Origin: an uncultured Nitrospiraceae bacterium | GTDB taxonomy: Bacteria > Nitrospirota > Nitrospiria > Nitrospirales > UBA2166 | NCBI GenBank assembly: GCA_964463965.1 | Contig: CAYXED010000007.1 | Span: 4,661 to 68,660 of the forward strand | DNA length: 64,000 nucleotides | Reading direction: 5' to 3' | In this document: positions 48,983 to 57,472 of the stretch, in pieces | Numbering within the stretch: position 1 is the stretch's first letter | Layout: each line of letters begins with the position of its first letter | Position numbers and translations under genes: made by a program | Notes under the pieces: model-generated | What the model was told of the DNA's origin: nothing | The model's database searches: none | The model's input: only the letters and a program-made list of their open reading frames with translations

Positions 48983-50047
48983 GTGCTCTCTCTAAACCGA
49001 GTTTCTCTAAGCCCTTGGCAGGGGGGAATTCTGAAAAAAAATCTCCTTCTAGGAGCGCTACTGGCTATATTTTTTGCCTTGAATACCCCTGTTTTTGCTA
49101 GTTGTGGGGCCGCTAATTGTTTTCTTGTGACAGGGACTCAGGAAGGACTTTCCCCCAAAGGACAATTTATTGCAGATATTTCATTTCGCCATGTTGCTCT
49201 TGATCGGGGTCAACGAGGAACAGAAAGGATTGATCAGGTATTTACACCAAAGGTAAATTTTGAAGGGAACCTTTTGGAACCCAATCATCATCGAGAAGTT
49301 AAGACGCTGAATAATCTTGCCCAACTCGATCTTAGCTATGGTGTAACTACTGATTTAACTATTCAGCTGGCCGTTCCATTTTTTAATCAACGTGTGCATG
49401 AGCACTTTGATGGGTTAAGTACTTCGAATCCTGACGGCACGTTTTTTAGATCAGATGGGACGGATGGATTTGGAGATGTTAGGGTCATTGGAAAATATAA
49501 CCTATTAACAACAACAAAGCATCTTGTTATTGGAGGGCTTGGAGTAAAGTTACCGACAGGTGAATCTAACCTTCGGGACTCATTTGGGGCTATTAACGAG
49601 CCAACTTTGATGCCTGGAACAGGGTCTTTAGATGCTCTTGCTAGTGTTTTTTATGCGTATCAGATATTTCCTCATGAGCTGGAAGCTTTTTTTTCTGGCT
49701 CGTATCAGTTTAATTCGGAGAATAGTCGCGAGTATCTTTTTGGAAATACTACCTTGCTTAATGGGGGCATAGGATATCAAGCATTGCCGTATTTATATCT
49801 TAGTGGGCAAATAAATGCGCGTATTCAGCCACATGATCAATTTATTGGACAACATGTTGATGGAACGGGAGGAGAGTGGGTTAACTTGACTCCTGGAGTC
49901 CGTTTACAACCTAACTCCACAACTCAGTTATATGCCTTTGGGCAGATTCCCGTTTATCAGCGTGTTAATGAAAGTAATCTTGTGCCAAGTTGGGGGATTC
50001 TTTTTGGCTTTTCAAAAACCTTTGGATTGTTGTCTGGAGAATCATGA
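48983..50047 (+). CDS. Outer-membrane beta-barrel protein (MetA-pathway/transporter-like family)
   Basis: Signal peptide ...ALNTPVFA|SCGAANC. It has alternating beta-strand pattern, a DGFGDVRVIGKYNL...GVKLPTG block and a C-terminal aromatic-rich strand. The start is uncertain (TTG 48950 or GTG 48983). Confidence 0.55.
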   Translation: MLSLNRVSLSPWQGGILKKNLLLGALLAIFFALNTPVFASCGAANCFLVTGTQEGLSPKGQFIADISFRHVALDRGQRGTERIDQVFTPKVNFEGNLLEPNHHREVKTLNNLAQLDLSYGVTTDLTIQLAVPFFNQRVHEHFDGLSTSNPDGTFFRSDGTDGFGDVRVIGKYNLLTTTKHLVIGGLGVKLPTGESNLRDSFGAINEPTLMPGTGSLDALASVFYAYQIFPHELEAFFSGSYQFNSENSREYLFGNTTLLNGGIGYQALPYLYLSGQINARIQPHDQFIGQHVDGTGGEWVNLTPGVRLQPNSTTQLYAFGQIPVYQRVNESNLVPSWGILFGFSKTFGLLSGES

Positions 50048-50574
50048 TTCACTGTACCCCTTTTCTAATCCTGCGCGGCGTGTTTAGGGCTGTTTTTTTT
50101 GTAGTTATCTTTGCAGCTATGGCTACTCGTCCAGATCCACTTGATGTTGGGGAACTAGCCCCTGAATTTACTTTACCGAATATTTTGGACCAGGAAATTT
50201 CACTTGCCGAGGCTAAAGGAAAAGTAACATTGGTAATGTTTTGGGCGTCATGGTGTCATCCATGTATGAAAGAAATGCCTGATGTTCAAAGTTCGTTTGA
50301 ACAGTATAATGAAGACGGCTTCCAAGTGATTGCAGTAAATTTCGGTGAGAGTGAGTCCAAGGTAAGAGAAGTAATTAAACGTTTTAATATTACATTTCCT
50401 GTTGTTATGGATCGACGAGGAAATGTTGCAGCTGATTACCGCGTATTAGGCCTCCCATTAAGCTTTTTCGTTAATCAAAATGGCACCATTGGCGAGCGTG
50501 TTTTCGGACGTACTATGACTCAAGAAGATATACATAAGACGGTTATTCACTATCTGAGTAAGACTCACGGCTAA
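50044..50574 (+). CDS. TlpA-family periplasmic thioredoxin (third paralogue in window)
   Basis: ATG 50044 overlaps the upstream stop (ATGA). It has a TM anchor and FWASWCHPCMKEMP active site. Confidence 0.8.
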   Translation: MIHCTPFLILRGVFRAVFFVVIFAAMATRPDPLDVGELAPEFTLPNILDQEISLAEAKGKVTLVMFWASWCHPCMKEMPDVQSSFEQYNEDGFQVIAVNFGESESKVREVIKRFNITFPVVMDRRGNVAADYRVLGLPLSFFVNQNGTIGERVFGRTMTQEDIHKTVIHYLSKTHG

Positions 50575-50596
50575 AAAACTCCGTGAAGGTTTGACT

Positions 50597-51976
50597 ATGA
50601 ATTTTTGTTCAATAAAAAAACTATATTTCTTGCCTGCTATTTTTCTATGTTTTTACTTTGCTAGTTGTGGCGGAGATCTTGAACATGTTCCCAATCCTTT
50701 TGAAGAATCTGAAGGAAGCTCTGGAACTGAAAAAATTGTTGTCATAGGGGCAGGGGTTTCAGCAACAAACTCTGACGCGACTGGAGGCCTTCTTGTTCCT
50801 TTTAAACCCGTAACGCTAGATGAATATGAGCTATTTGATGGGGCTACAGCTCTCAAGTCTGAAGATCCTATAGAGATTCCTTTTGCTGGAATGCATGCAC
50901 TTGCGGTGGGTGGGTTTGTTTATACAAATAATCCTGAGCAGGGGACCCTTACTGTATTTTCTACAGCTACAGGAGCATTAGAGGGTATCGTACGTGTTGG
51001 TTCTTCTCCTGGGGCCTTGCTCTTTGACCCAAATCAACAATTTCTCTTTGTTCTGAATCAGGGTGGAATAGGCGACTCCCGGAAAGATTCAATTTCCATC
51101 GTTGATGTCAATCCAACGACTACTACATTTTTGCAATCTATTGCCAAAGTGGCAGTTGAAGATGATCCGTATGATATTACATTGAGCACACAGCGTAATC
51201 GCGCCTTTGTAAGTAATAGACGTTCTGGAACTGTTTCTGTTATTGATCTTGATTCAAGTAATCTTGATACCTTTTTGTCAGTGACCCAATCGATAGAACT
51301 TGGACCCTCTCCTGGGCAACTCGAATATTCACCAATTTCTGGGCATCTTTATGTGATCCTGAACTTTCCAACGGCTGCAGATAGTATTGCAATTCTTGAT
51401 GCAGATGCCCTTGGAAAAGCAGAGGTTTTGTCAGGAATTCCCCGAGGTATAGATTCAGATGAACTTTCTCAAGTAAGGTTCATTCGCGTGAGTAATGACG
51501 GAAGTTTTCTTTGGGTAGCTTTTTCTGATGGTATTGCTGCTATCGATGCAAGGACAAATTCTGTTCTGTCAAAACTCACTATTTCAGAATTTTTACCAAA
51601 CAGAATTATTGAAGCAAATAATGCTCTATTATTTGTTTCCGGATTAGAAGGGAGCGGGGAGGTTCTGCTAATTGATGCTTCTGTGCCATTTGCTCTACAA
51701 GAAGTTTCTAGAGTTTCACTTGGACTCAATTCTCAAGCTCAAAATTTTGTTATGAACACTGACCAAACTCGTGTATATGTGTTGAATTCATTATCCAAGG
51801 AAAAGGGGAGTGTTTCAGTCATTGATGTTGCTACACGCGAGCTCTTGGATACAATTCAGGTTGATGGTTTAGACCCACATACAATTGTTCTCGTTTCCAG
51901 TGCTGATCTTGATGTCAGAGAGGGGATGGATGATTTGGGGGACCATGGGCATGATCCCGGACATCACACGCCATAG
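50597..51976 (+). CDS. YVTN-repeat beta-propeller lipoprotein with His-rich C-terminus
   Basis: Lipobox FASC. It has repeated ~40-aa units (G.L.V......L...I.VG..P..(L/I)....(N/R)..(F/Y)V.N...(G/D).(V/I)S(V/I)(I/V)D). The C-terminal tail is DDLGDHGHDPGHHTP. Confidence 0.7.
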   Translation: MNFCSIKKLYFLPAIFLCFYFASCGGDLEHVPNPFEESEGSSGTEKIVVIGAGVSATNSDATGGLLVPFKPVTLDEYELFDGATALKSEDPIEIPFAGMHALAVGGFVYTNNPEQGTLTVFSTATGALEGIVRVGSSPGALLFDPNQQFLFVLNQGGIGDSRKDSISIVDVNPTTTTFLQSIAKVAVEDDPYDITLSTQRNRAFVSNRRSGTVSVIDLDSSNLDTFLSVTQSIELGPSPGQLEYSPISGHLYVILNFPTAADSIAILDADALGKAEVLSGIPRGIDSDELSQVRFIRVSNDGSFLWVAFSDGIAAIDARTNSVLSKLTISEFLPNRIIEANNALLFVSGLEGSGEVLLIDASVPFALQEVSRVSLGLNSQAQNFVMNTDQTRVYVLNSLSKEKGSVSVIDVATRELLDTIQVDGLDPHTIVLVSSADLDVREGMDDLGDHGHDPGHHTP

Positions 51977-52038
51977 GCGTCCATTTTCCTCAAGACTAAA
52001 CCCTATTATTTTCGGCCCTTAATCGATTATTTTTTGAC

Positions 52039-54573
52039 GTGACGCCGCGTTTATTTTTTGCGATCCTGTTTTTTTTCTCTGGGGTTGCAGCTTTAATCTA
52101 TGAAATACTCTGGTTTCGTTATTTTAACCTCCTGTTTGGAAATGTGGTATATGCAACGGCCTTAGTGCTTGGAGGGTTTTTTGCCGGTTTAGCTATTGGC
52201 AATCACTATATTGGCAAATATGTCGATCAGCGACAGTCTGTTCTTTCTTTCTATGCATTTCTCGAAATTGGTATTGCAGCTGCAGCTTTCCCTGCCCCAT
52301 TTTTACTTGATTGGTTAAAGTCTTTACCGTTTTCCTCTTCAACTACTACAGGGTTATTTACTTTAGCAATTCTTTCGGTGTGTACGATTCTCCCTTCTGC
52401 AATTCTTATGGGTGGTACTCTTCCTGCACTGGGGAGGGAAATAGCAACTAAAACAAGAGATGCTGTGGCATTTTCTGGCGGACGTCTCTACGCAATTAAC
52501 ACTTTTGGGGCAGCTATCGGAGCGTTTTTAACGGGAGCATTTTTGCCGCTATACATTGGAGTATGGAATACCTATATTCTTGCAATTTTTATTAATTGCA
52601 CAGTTGCTGTTTTGGTGTTTTTTTGGCTTCAAAAGAGCACCTCAAGTACCTTAATAAGTGCTGTGAATTCTCAGGGACTTCAGTCTCAAAATAAGCCTAA
52701 CTATTATTATTCAGATAATACGTATTCGCTTGTTTTTGTACTTTCATTTTTCTCAGGGCTTTTGACTTTAGCACTTCAAGTAATCTGGACTCGGATGTTT
52801 GCACTTGTTTTTCATAATTCAGTATTTAGTTTTACTACTATCGTCGTAACATTTTTGCTAGGTCTTGCCATTGGAACATTTTTTGCAGCAAAACTCATCA
52901 ATGAAGTTGAATGGGTGCAAAATAATCCTTGGAAGCTTGTTACCTGGACACTTTCTCTCGCAGGGTTGTTAATTAGTCTATCTGGTCCACTATTTATTCT
53001 TCTTACTGGGCTTGAACGTGAACCGCATGGGGATGTAACTGCTTGGCCATTACTTTGGGCAGCAAGTACTACTACCATTGTTACAGCACTTCCAATTATT
53101 GTAGCTGGCATGATTCTCCCTTTACTGTGGCACCTTTATGCTCCAAAACTGTTAACTGGGGGAGAAGGTTCAAATGTTGGAAGGCGTCTTGGGCGAGTAG
53201 TGGCAATAAATCTTCTTGGGTCCATTATCGGAGCATTAATGTCGGGATTTCTTCTTATTCCACTCGTTGGGTTGTGGCAAAGTTTATTTTTTATAGCACT
53301 TTCCTACGCACTGCTTTCAATTTTTGTAATATTTTGGACATCTCGAGAAGGCTTTTCTGAGGGAAATCATTTTACCTTCTCTCATCGTGTTATTTCGTGG
53401 GCTGTGGCAATTTTTCTACTAACTGGAGCCTTTCTTATCCCTAAATCCCTTGGTTCACTACAGCTATTACGTGATGGTGAAAAACTTGCTTACCATAAAG
53501 AGGGAAAGAGCGCATCTGTGGCGGTAGTGAAACAAAAAAATAATCATTTAAAACTCAAGGTAAATAATACTTATGGTCTTGGTGGCTCTGCAGGGGAAAT
53601 TCAAGAAAGGCGTATGGGACACTTGCCTCTGCTATTGCATGGAGATCCTAAAGCCGTTGCTTTCATTGGAGTTGCAACAGGAATTACTCTGAGTGCAGTA
53701 AATCTTACGAACATTGGAGAAAAAATTCAACGGGTACTTGCTATCGAGTTGTTACCAGAAGTGCTTGAAGCGGCCAATATATTTAAGAAATATACAGGAG
53801 ATGTTCTTTCTGATACCCGCCTTGAAGTTCGTATTGGTGATGGTAGGCATATTTTAAGTACCTCAGACGAATATTTTGATGTAATTACTTTAGATCTTGT
53901 CACTCCTTGGCACGCGAATGCTGGATCTCTTTATACGAGAGAGTTTTATAGTGAAGTACGTAATAGGCTAATGCCTAAGGGTGTTTTCTCTCAGTGGCTT
54001 CCCTTATATCAGTTGGGACCAGAAGAGTTTAAAATTATTGCAAATACTTTTCAAAAGGTATTCCCACATGTTCAAGTATGGCGGGGGTCAAGCAATCCCC
54101 GTTATCCGATGCTTGCCTTGATTGGGTCAAATGCGAAAATTGATCTTGAAAAAAATATTTTAGGTAAAACTCATGATGTAACTTCTAAATATACCAAAGA
54201 CCCTTACTTAGTGGATTTGCCAAGTATGTTTCTCTTATATGCAGGTGATCAAGATTCCCTTCATGGATTGGTGAAAAATGCTCCAATTAATTCTGATAAT
54301 TACCCACTTATTGAGTACCTTGCACCGATCAGTCACATTTCTAAGCAGCAGTTTTTGGGAGACACCTTAATTCAATTTTTTGACGATCTTTTAGCAGAAT
54401 CTAAGACAAGAAAGAGCCAATACTATGACGCTTCGCTTGCGGGAAACTTGCTTTTACAAGCAAACTGGGAAAAACGAAAGAAAAATTATCAAAAAAGGAC
54501 AGAGTTTCTTGATCGCGCGCGTCTTTTACTCCCCAATAGTGGCTATCTCCATAAACTAGTTATTGGATTATGA
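52039..54573 (+). CDS. Polytopic membrane protein fused to spermidine-synthase-like (SpeE-fold) domain
   Basis: 844 aa with a GTG start and ~450 aa of TM helices. This is followed by a SAM/aminopropyltransferase-like region (AFIGVATGITLSA ... FDVITLDLVTPW ... LMPKGVFSQW). Confidence 0.65.
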   Translation: MTPRLFFAILFFFSGVAALIYEILWFRYFNLLFGNVVYATALVLGGFFAGLAIGNHYIGKYVDQRQSVLSFYAFLEIGIAAAAFPAPFLLDWLKSLPFSSSTTTGLFTLAILSVCTILPSAILMGGTLPALGREIATKTRDAVAFSGGRLYAINTFGAAIGAFLTGAFLPLYIGVWNTYILAIFINCTVAVLVFFWLQKSTSSTLISAVNSQGLQSQNKPNYYYSDNTYSLVFVLSFFSGLLTLALQVIWTRMFALVFHNSVFSFTTIVVTFLLGLAIGTFFAAKLINEVEWVQNNPWKLVTWTLSLAGLLISLSGPLFILLTGLEREPHGDVTAWPLLWAASTTTIVTALPIIVAGMILPLLWHLYAPKLLTGGEGSNVGRRLGRVVAINLLGSIIGALMSGFLLIPLVGLWQSLFFIALSYALLSIFVIFWTSREGFSEGNHFTFSHRVISWAVAIFLLTGAFLIPKSLGSLQLLRDGEKLAYHKEGKSASVAVVKQKNNHLKLKVNNTYGLGGSAGEIQERRMGHLPLLLHGDPKAVAFIGVATGITLSAVNLTNIGEKIQRVLAIELLPEVLEAANIFKKYTGDVLSDTRLEVRIGDGRHILSTSDEYFDVITLDLVTPWHANAGSLYTREFYSEVRNRLMPKGVFSQWLPLYQLGPEEFKIIANTFQKVFPHVQVWRGSSNPRYPMLALIGSNAKIDLEKNILGKTHDVTSKYTKDPYLVDLPSMFLLYAGDQDSLHGLVKNAPINSDNYPLIEYLAPISHISKQQFLGDTLIQFFDDLLAESKTRKSQYYDASLAGNLLLQANWEKRKKNYQKRTEFLDRARLLLPNSGYLHKLVIGL

Positions 54574-54636
54574 ATATTTACGCGTAATATTTGTTAGAAT
54601 ACTTGCTTAGTTCCGACTGAAAGGAAAAGAGTAGAT

Positions 54637-55068
54637 TTGAAGAAAACTGCTACTTTTGTTGTCAGTATTTTTCTTGCTACGGCTGTTTTTTTCTCTGGTT
54701 GCATGGCGTCTTATGAAACTAGAGAAATGCTTGTTACTGCTTACTCATCAGATCCTTATAGTACCAATTGGAAACGACACCCAGTCTTTTTTTGGAGAAC
54801 AATTATTGCAAGTGGTCCCAATGCAGGTAAACCGAAAAAAGTAGGTATCACCTCTAGTGGTGTAAAAGCTAGGGTAGGGACAATTGCTGCTGACACAAAA
54901 TACTATCCCTATGGAACTATTATGGTAATTCCTGGCTATGGAAAAGGTGTTGTTGAAGATATCGGAGGAGCGATTAAAGGCCCTAATAGGCTAGATGTAT
55001 ATTTTTCTACTAAAAAAAAAGCACTGAAATGGGGGAAGCAGACGTTAAAAGTTAAGATTAAAAAATAG
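54637..55068 (+). CDS. 3D-domain lipoprotein (MltA-type 3D fold)
   Basis: 143 aa with a TTG start and lipobox FFSGC. The 3D-domain pattern is VGTIAADTKYYPYGTIMVIPGYGKGVVEDIGGAIKGPNRLDVYF. Confidence 0.7.
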   Translation: MKKTATFVVSIFLATAVFFSGCMASYETREMLVTAYSSDPYSTNWKRHPVFFWRTIIASGPNAGKPKKVGITSSGVKARVGTIAADTKYYPYGTIMVIPGYGKGVVEDIGGAIKGPNRLDVYFSTKKKALKWGKQTLKVKIKK

Positions 55069-55120
55069 GAGTACGTGTTATTAGGGCAACTTGACCAATA
55101 CTTAATAGGAGGATTGGATT

Positions 55121-57166
55121 GTGCCGAAATATACGACTCAAGACATTCGAAATATTTCACTTCTCGGACAAGGCGCTGCGGGAAAGACTACTTTGATCGA
55201 AGCGCTTTTACATCAAACTGGAGCAATATCTGTTCCCGGCATCATTGAAAAGAAGAATACTGTATGCGATTTTGACCCTGAGGAGAAGGAGCATCAGCAT
55301 TCTTTAAACTCTGCACTTGTCAGCTGTGATCATGCTGGACATCATATTAATCTGATTGATACTCCTGGCATGATTGAGTTTTCTGGCCATGCGTTAGCCT
55401 CTCTTGCGGCTGTCGAGACAGCAGCAGTTGTTGTTACGGCACAACATGGAGTCGATGTAATTGCACGGCGAATTATGGAACGTGCTTCAGAAAGAAAACT
55501 ATGTCGGCTTATTATTGTTAATAAGATTGATCTATTGGAAACAAATTTAGAAGAGGTGGTAAGTCAAATTCAAGAATCATTTGGAAAAGAATGTTTGCCT
55601 ATTAATCTCCCTAGTAAGGGAGGTACAGATGTTGTTGATGTATTTACTAATGCTGAGGGAGATGTTGATTTTGGCTCTGTTTCGGATGCGCATACTGCAA
55701 TCGTAGAACAAGTAGTCGAAATGGATGAGGATCTTATGGCTGTATATCTTGATAAGGGAGAAGTGAGCCCTGAGCAGTTGCATGTACCTTTTACAAATGC
55801 TTTGAAGGAAGGCCATCTTGTCCCAATTTGCTTTGTTTCTGGGAGACATGGCACAGGTGTTCCAGAGCTACTTGAAGTTTTTTCTACTATGATGCCAAAT
55901 CCAATTGAAGGGAATGCACAAGAGTTTTTGCGACAACTTGACGATGGCATGGAGCCTTTTGAAATTTCACCAGATCCTTCTAAATCAATTCTTGCTCATG
56001 TCTTTAAGGTGACCGCTGATCCATTTATAGGCAAACTGGGGGTATTTCGAATTTTTCAAGGAACTGTAAAAAAAGAGACTCAACTGCATATTGCTACTGA
56101 GAAGAAAACCTTTAAAGTCGGGCATCTCTTCAAGCTTCGTGGAAAAGATCATCTGGAGATTGATGCAGGAATTCCAGGTGATATTTGTGCAGTTGCAAAA
56201 ATAGATGAAATTAGATTCGATGCTGTTTTGAGGGAAAATATTGATGGGGGGGCTATCACTTTAAAGCCCATAGAGTTTCCTCAGCCAATGAATGGTTTTG
56301 CAATTGAAGCAAAAACGCGTGGGGATGAGCAGAAGATTGGAAAGGCATTAGTTGGGATGGAGGCTGAAGATCCCTGTTTTATAGTTGAACGCAATACATT
56401 AACAAGTGAGACTGTTATTTATGGACTTGGTGATATGCATCTTCGTGTGATTTTAACAAAAATGAAGAACAGGTATGGAGTTGAAGTTGCAACTCATCCA
56501 CCCAAAATTGCCTATAGAGAGACAATTACGGGTAACGGAGAGGGCCATCATCGTCATAAAAAACAGACAGGAGGTGCAGGTCAGTTTGGTGAAGTATTTT
56601 TACGAATTTCTCCGTTGGAGAGAGGAAATGGTTTCGAATTTGTAAATGATACTTTTGGCGGTTCAATTCCTCGGCAATTTGTTCCTGCAGTGGAGAAGGG
56701 TGTTAGACAGGTTATGGAGCATGGTGCTATTGCAGGTTACGCCCTACAAGATATTAAGGTAAGTGTATATGATGGCAAACATCATCCTGTGGATAGCAAG
56801 GAAGTAGCATTTGTGATGGCTGCTAAAAAAGCTTTTATTGATGCTATTCAAAAATCAAAACCTGTTATTCTTGAACCCATTGTACATATGGATATTATTG
56901 TTCCCGAAGGTAATATGGGTGATATTGCTGGAGATTTGTCTAGTAAGCGAGGCCGTTTACAAGGGTCTGATACTTTGCCTGGATCTATGCTTCATATCAG
57001 TGCTCAAGCACCATTGGCAGAATTAGGGCAATATCAATCTCAGTTAAAAGCTGTTACTGCAGGACAAGGCTCATACACAATGCAATTAAGTCATTATGAG
57101 GCAGTTCCTGCAAATATTCAGCAACAGATTGTTGAACAATATAAACCTAAGGCAGAAGATGATTAA
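55121..57166 (+). CDS. Elongation factor G paralogue with degenerate GTPase motifs
   Basis: 681 aa with a GTG start and five-domain EF-G architecture (...GDMHLRV..., HRHKKQTGGAGQFG, GAIAGYALQDIKVSVYDGKHHPVDS). G1 is GQGAAGKTT, G3 is DTPGM (not DTPGH), and G4 is NKID. Confidence 0.8.
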   Translation: MPKYTTQDIRNISLLGQGAAGKTTLIEALLHQTGAISVPGIIEKKNTVCDFDPEEKEHQHSLNSALVSCDHAGHHINLIDTPGMIEFSGHALASLAAVETAAVVVTAQHGVDVIARRIMERASERKLCRLIIVNKIDLLETNLEEVVSQIQESFGKECLPINLPSKGGTDVVDVFTNAEGDVDFGSVSDAHTAIVEQVVEMDEDLMAVYLDKGEVSPEQLHVPFTNALKEGHLVPICFVSGRHGTGVPELLEVFSTMMPNPIEGNAQEFLRQLDDGMEPFEISPDPSKSILAHVFKVTADPFIGKLGVFRIFQGTVKKETQLHIATEKKTFKVGHLFKLRGKDHLEIDAGIPGDICAVAKIDEIRFDAVLRENIDGGAITLKPIEFPQPMNGFAIEAKTRGDEQKIGKALVGMEAEDPCFIVERNTLTSETVIYGLGDMHLRVILTKMKNRYGVEVATHPPKIAYRETITGNGEGHHRHKKQTGGAGQFGEVFLRISPLERGNGFEFVNDTFGGSIPRQFVPAVEKGVRQVMEHGAIAGYALQDIKVSVYDGKHHPVDSKEVAFVMAAKKAFIDAIQKSKPVILEPIVHMDIIVPEGNMGDIAGDLSSKRGRLQGSDTLPGSMLHISAQAPLAELGQYQSQLKAVTAGQGSYTMQLSHYEAVPANIQQQIVEQYKPKAEDD

Positions 57167-57173
57167 AGAAGAG

Positions 57174-57472
57174 GATAATTGAAGGCAATAAGAAGCCCGG
57201 AAGCAGATCCGAAAATCCTAATGCGGCTCCGGCGCCCGCGCTTCCGGGCCGGTGGCGCTGGGAATACGTCCCAGGTTTCACCGAAGAAAAAGGTGTGCGG
57301 CTAGGACATTGCCACCTCACTCGCCGCAGGGTTACTACACTCACTTCCCATTGGATCACCTCCTTCCATTCGGCGATGCATTGCATCACGCCGGCCCAGA
57401 CCTTGCGTGAACCCACGGGCTGACCCGCCGTCGACCAACGCGTGGTTCGCCTTCCTCAGTCTGGAAGACTCG
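57174..57472. other. GC-rich, hairpin-dense non-coding island (candidate structured RNA or foreign remnant)
   Basis: There is an abrupt compositional shift relative to the flanks and no credible CDS. Several perfect inverted repeats are present (see findings). AAGAAGAG occurs at both borders. Confidence 0.5.
57195..57249 (-). terminator. 10-bp GC hairpin followed (minus strand) by U-rich tail
   Basis: GCCCGGAAGC (57195-57204) pairs with GCTTCCGGGC (57240-57249). On the minus strand the stem is followed by TTCTTATTGCCTTC. On the plus strand no T tract follows. Confidence 0.3.

Noticed and set aside
57351-57365. Possibility that TTGGATCACCTCCTT marks a 16S rRNA gene fragment.
   Set aside because: The bases upstream (…GGTTACTACACTCACTTCCCA) do not resemble the conserved 16S helix 45 / GGTAACCGTAGGGGAACCTGCGG region. 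Only the terminal 15-mer matches.
57147-57416. An 89-aa minus-strand ORF spans the GC-rich island.
   Set aside because: It has low-complexity Arg/Gly/Ala/Pro-rich composition typical of chance ORFs in GC-rich DNA. It overlaps the EF-G paralogue stop, has no SD, and shows no recognisable motif.
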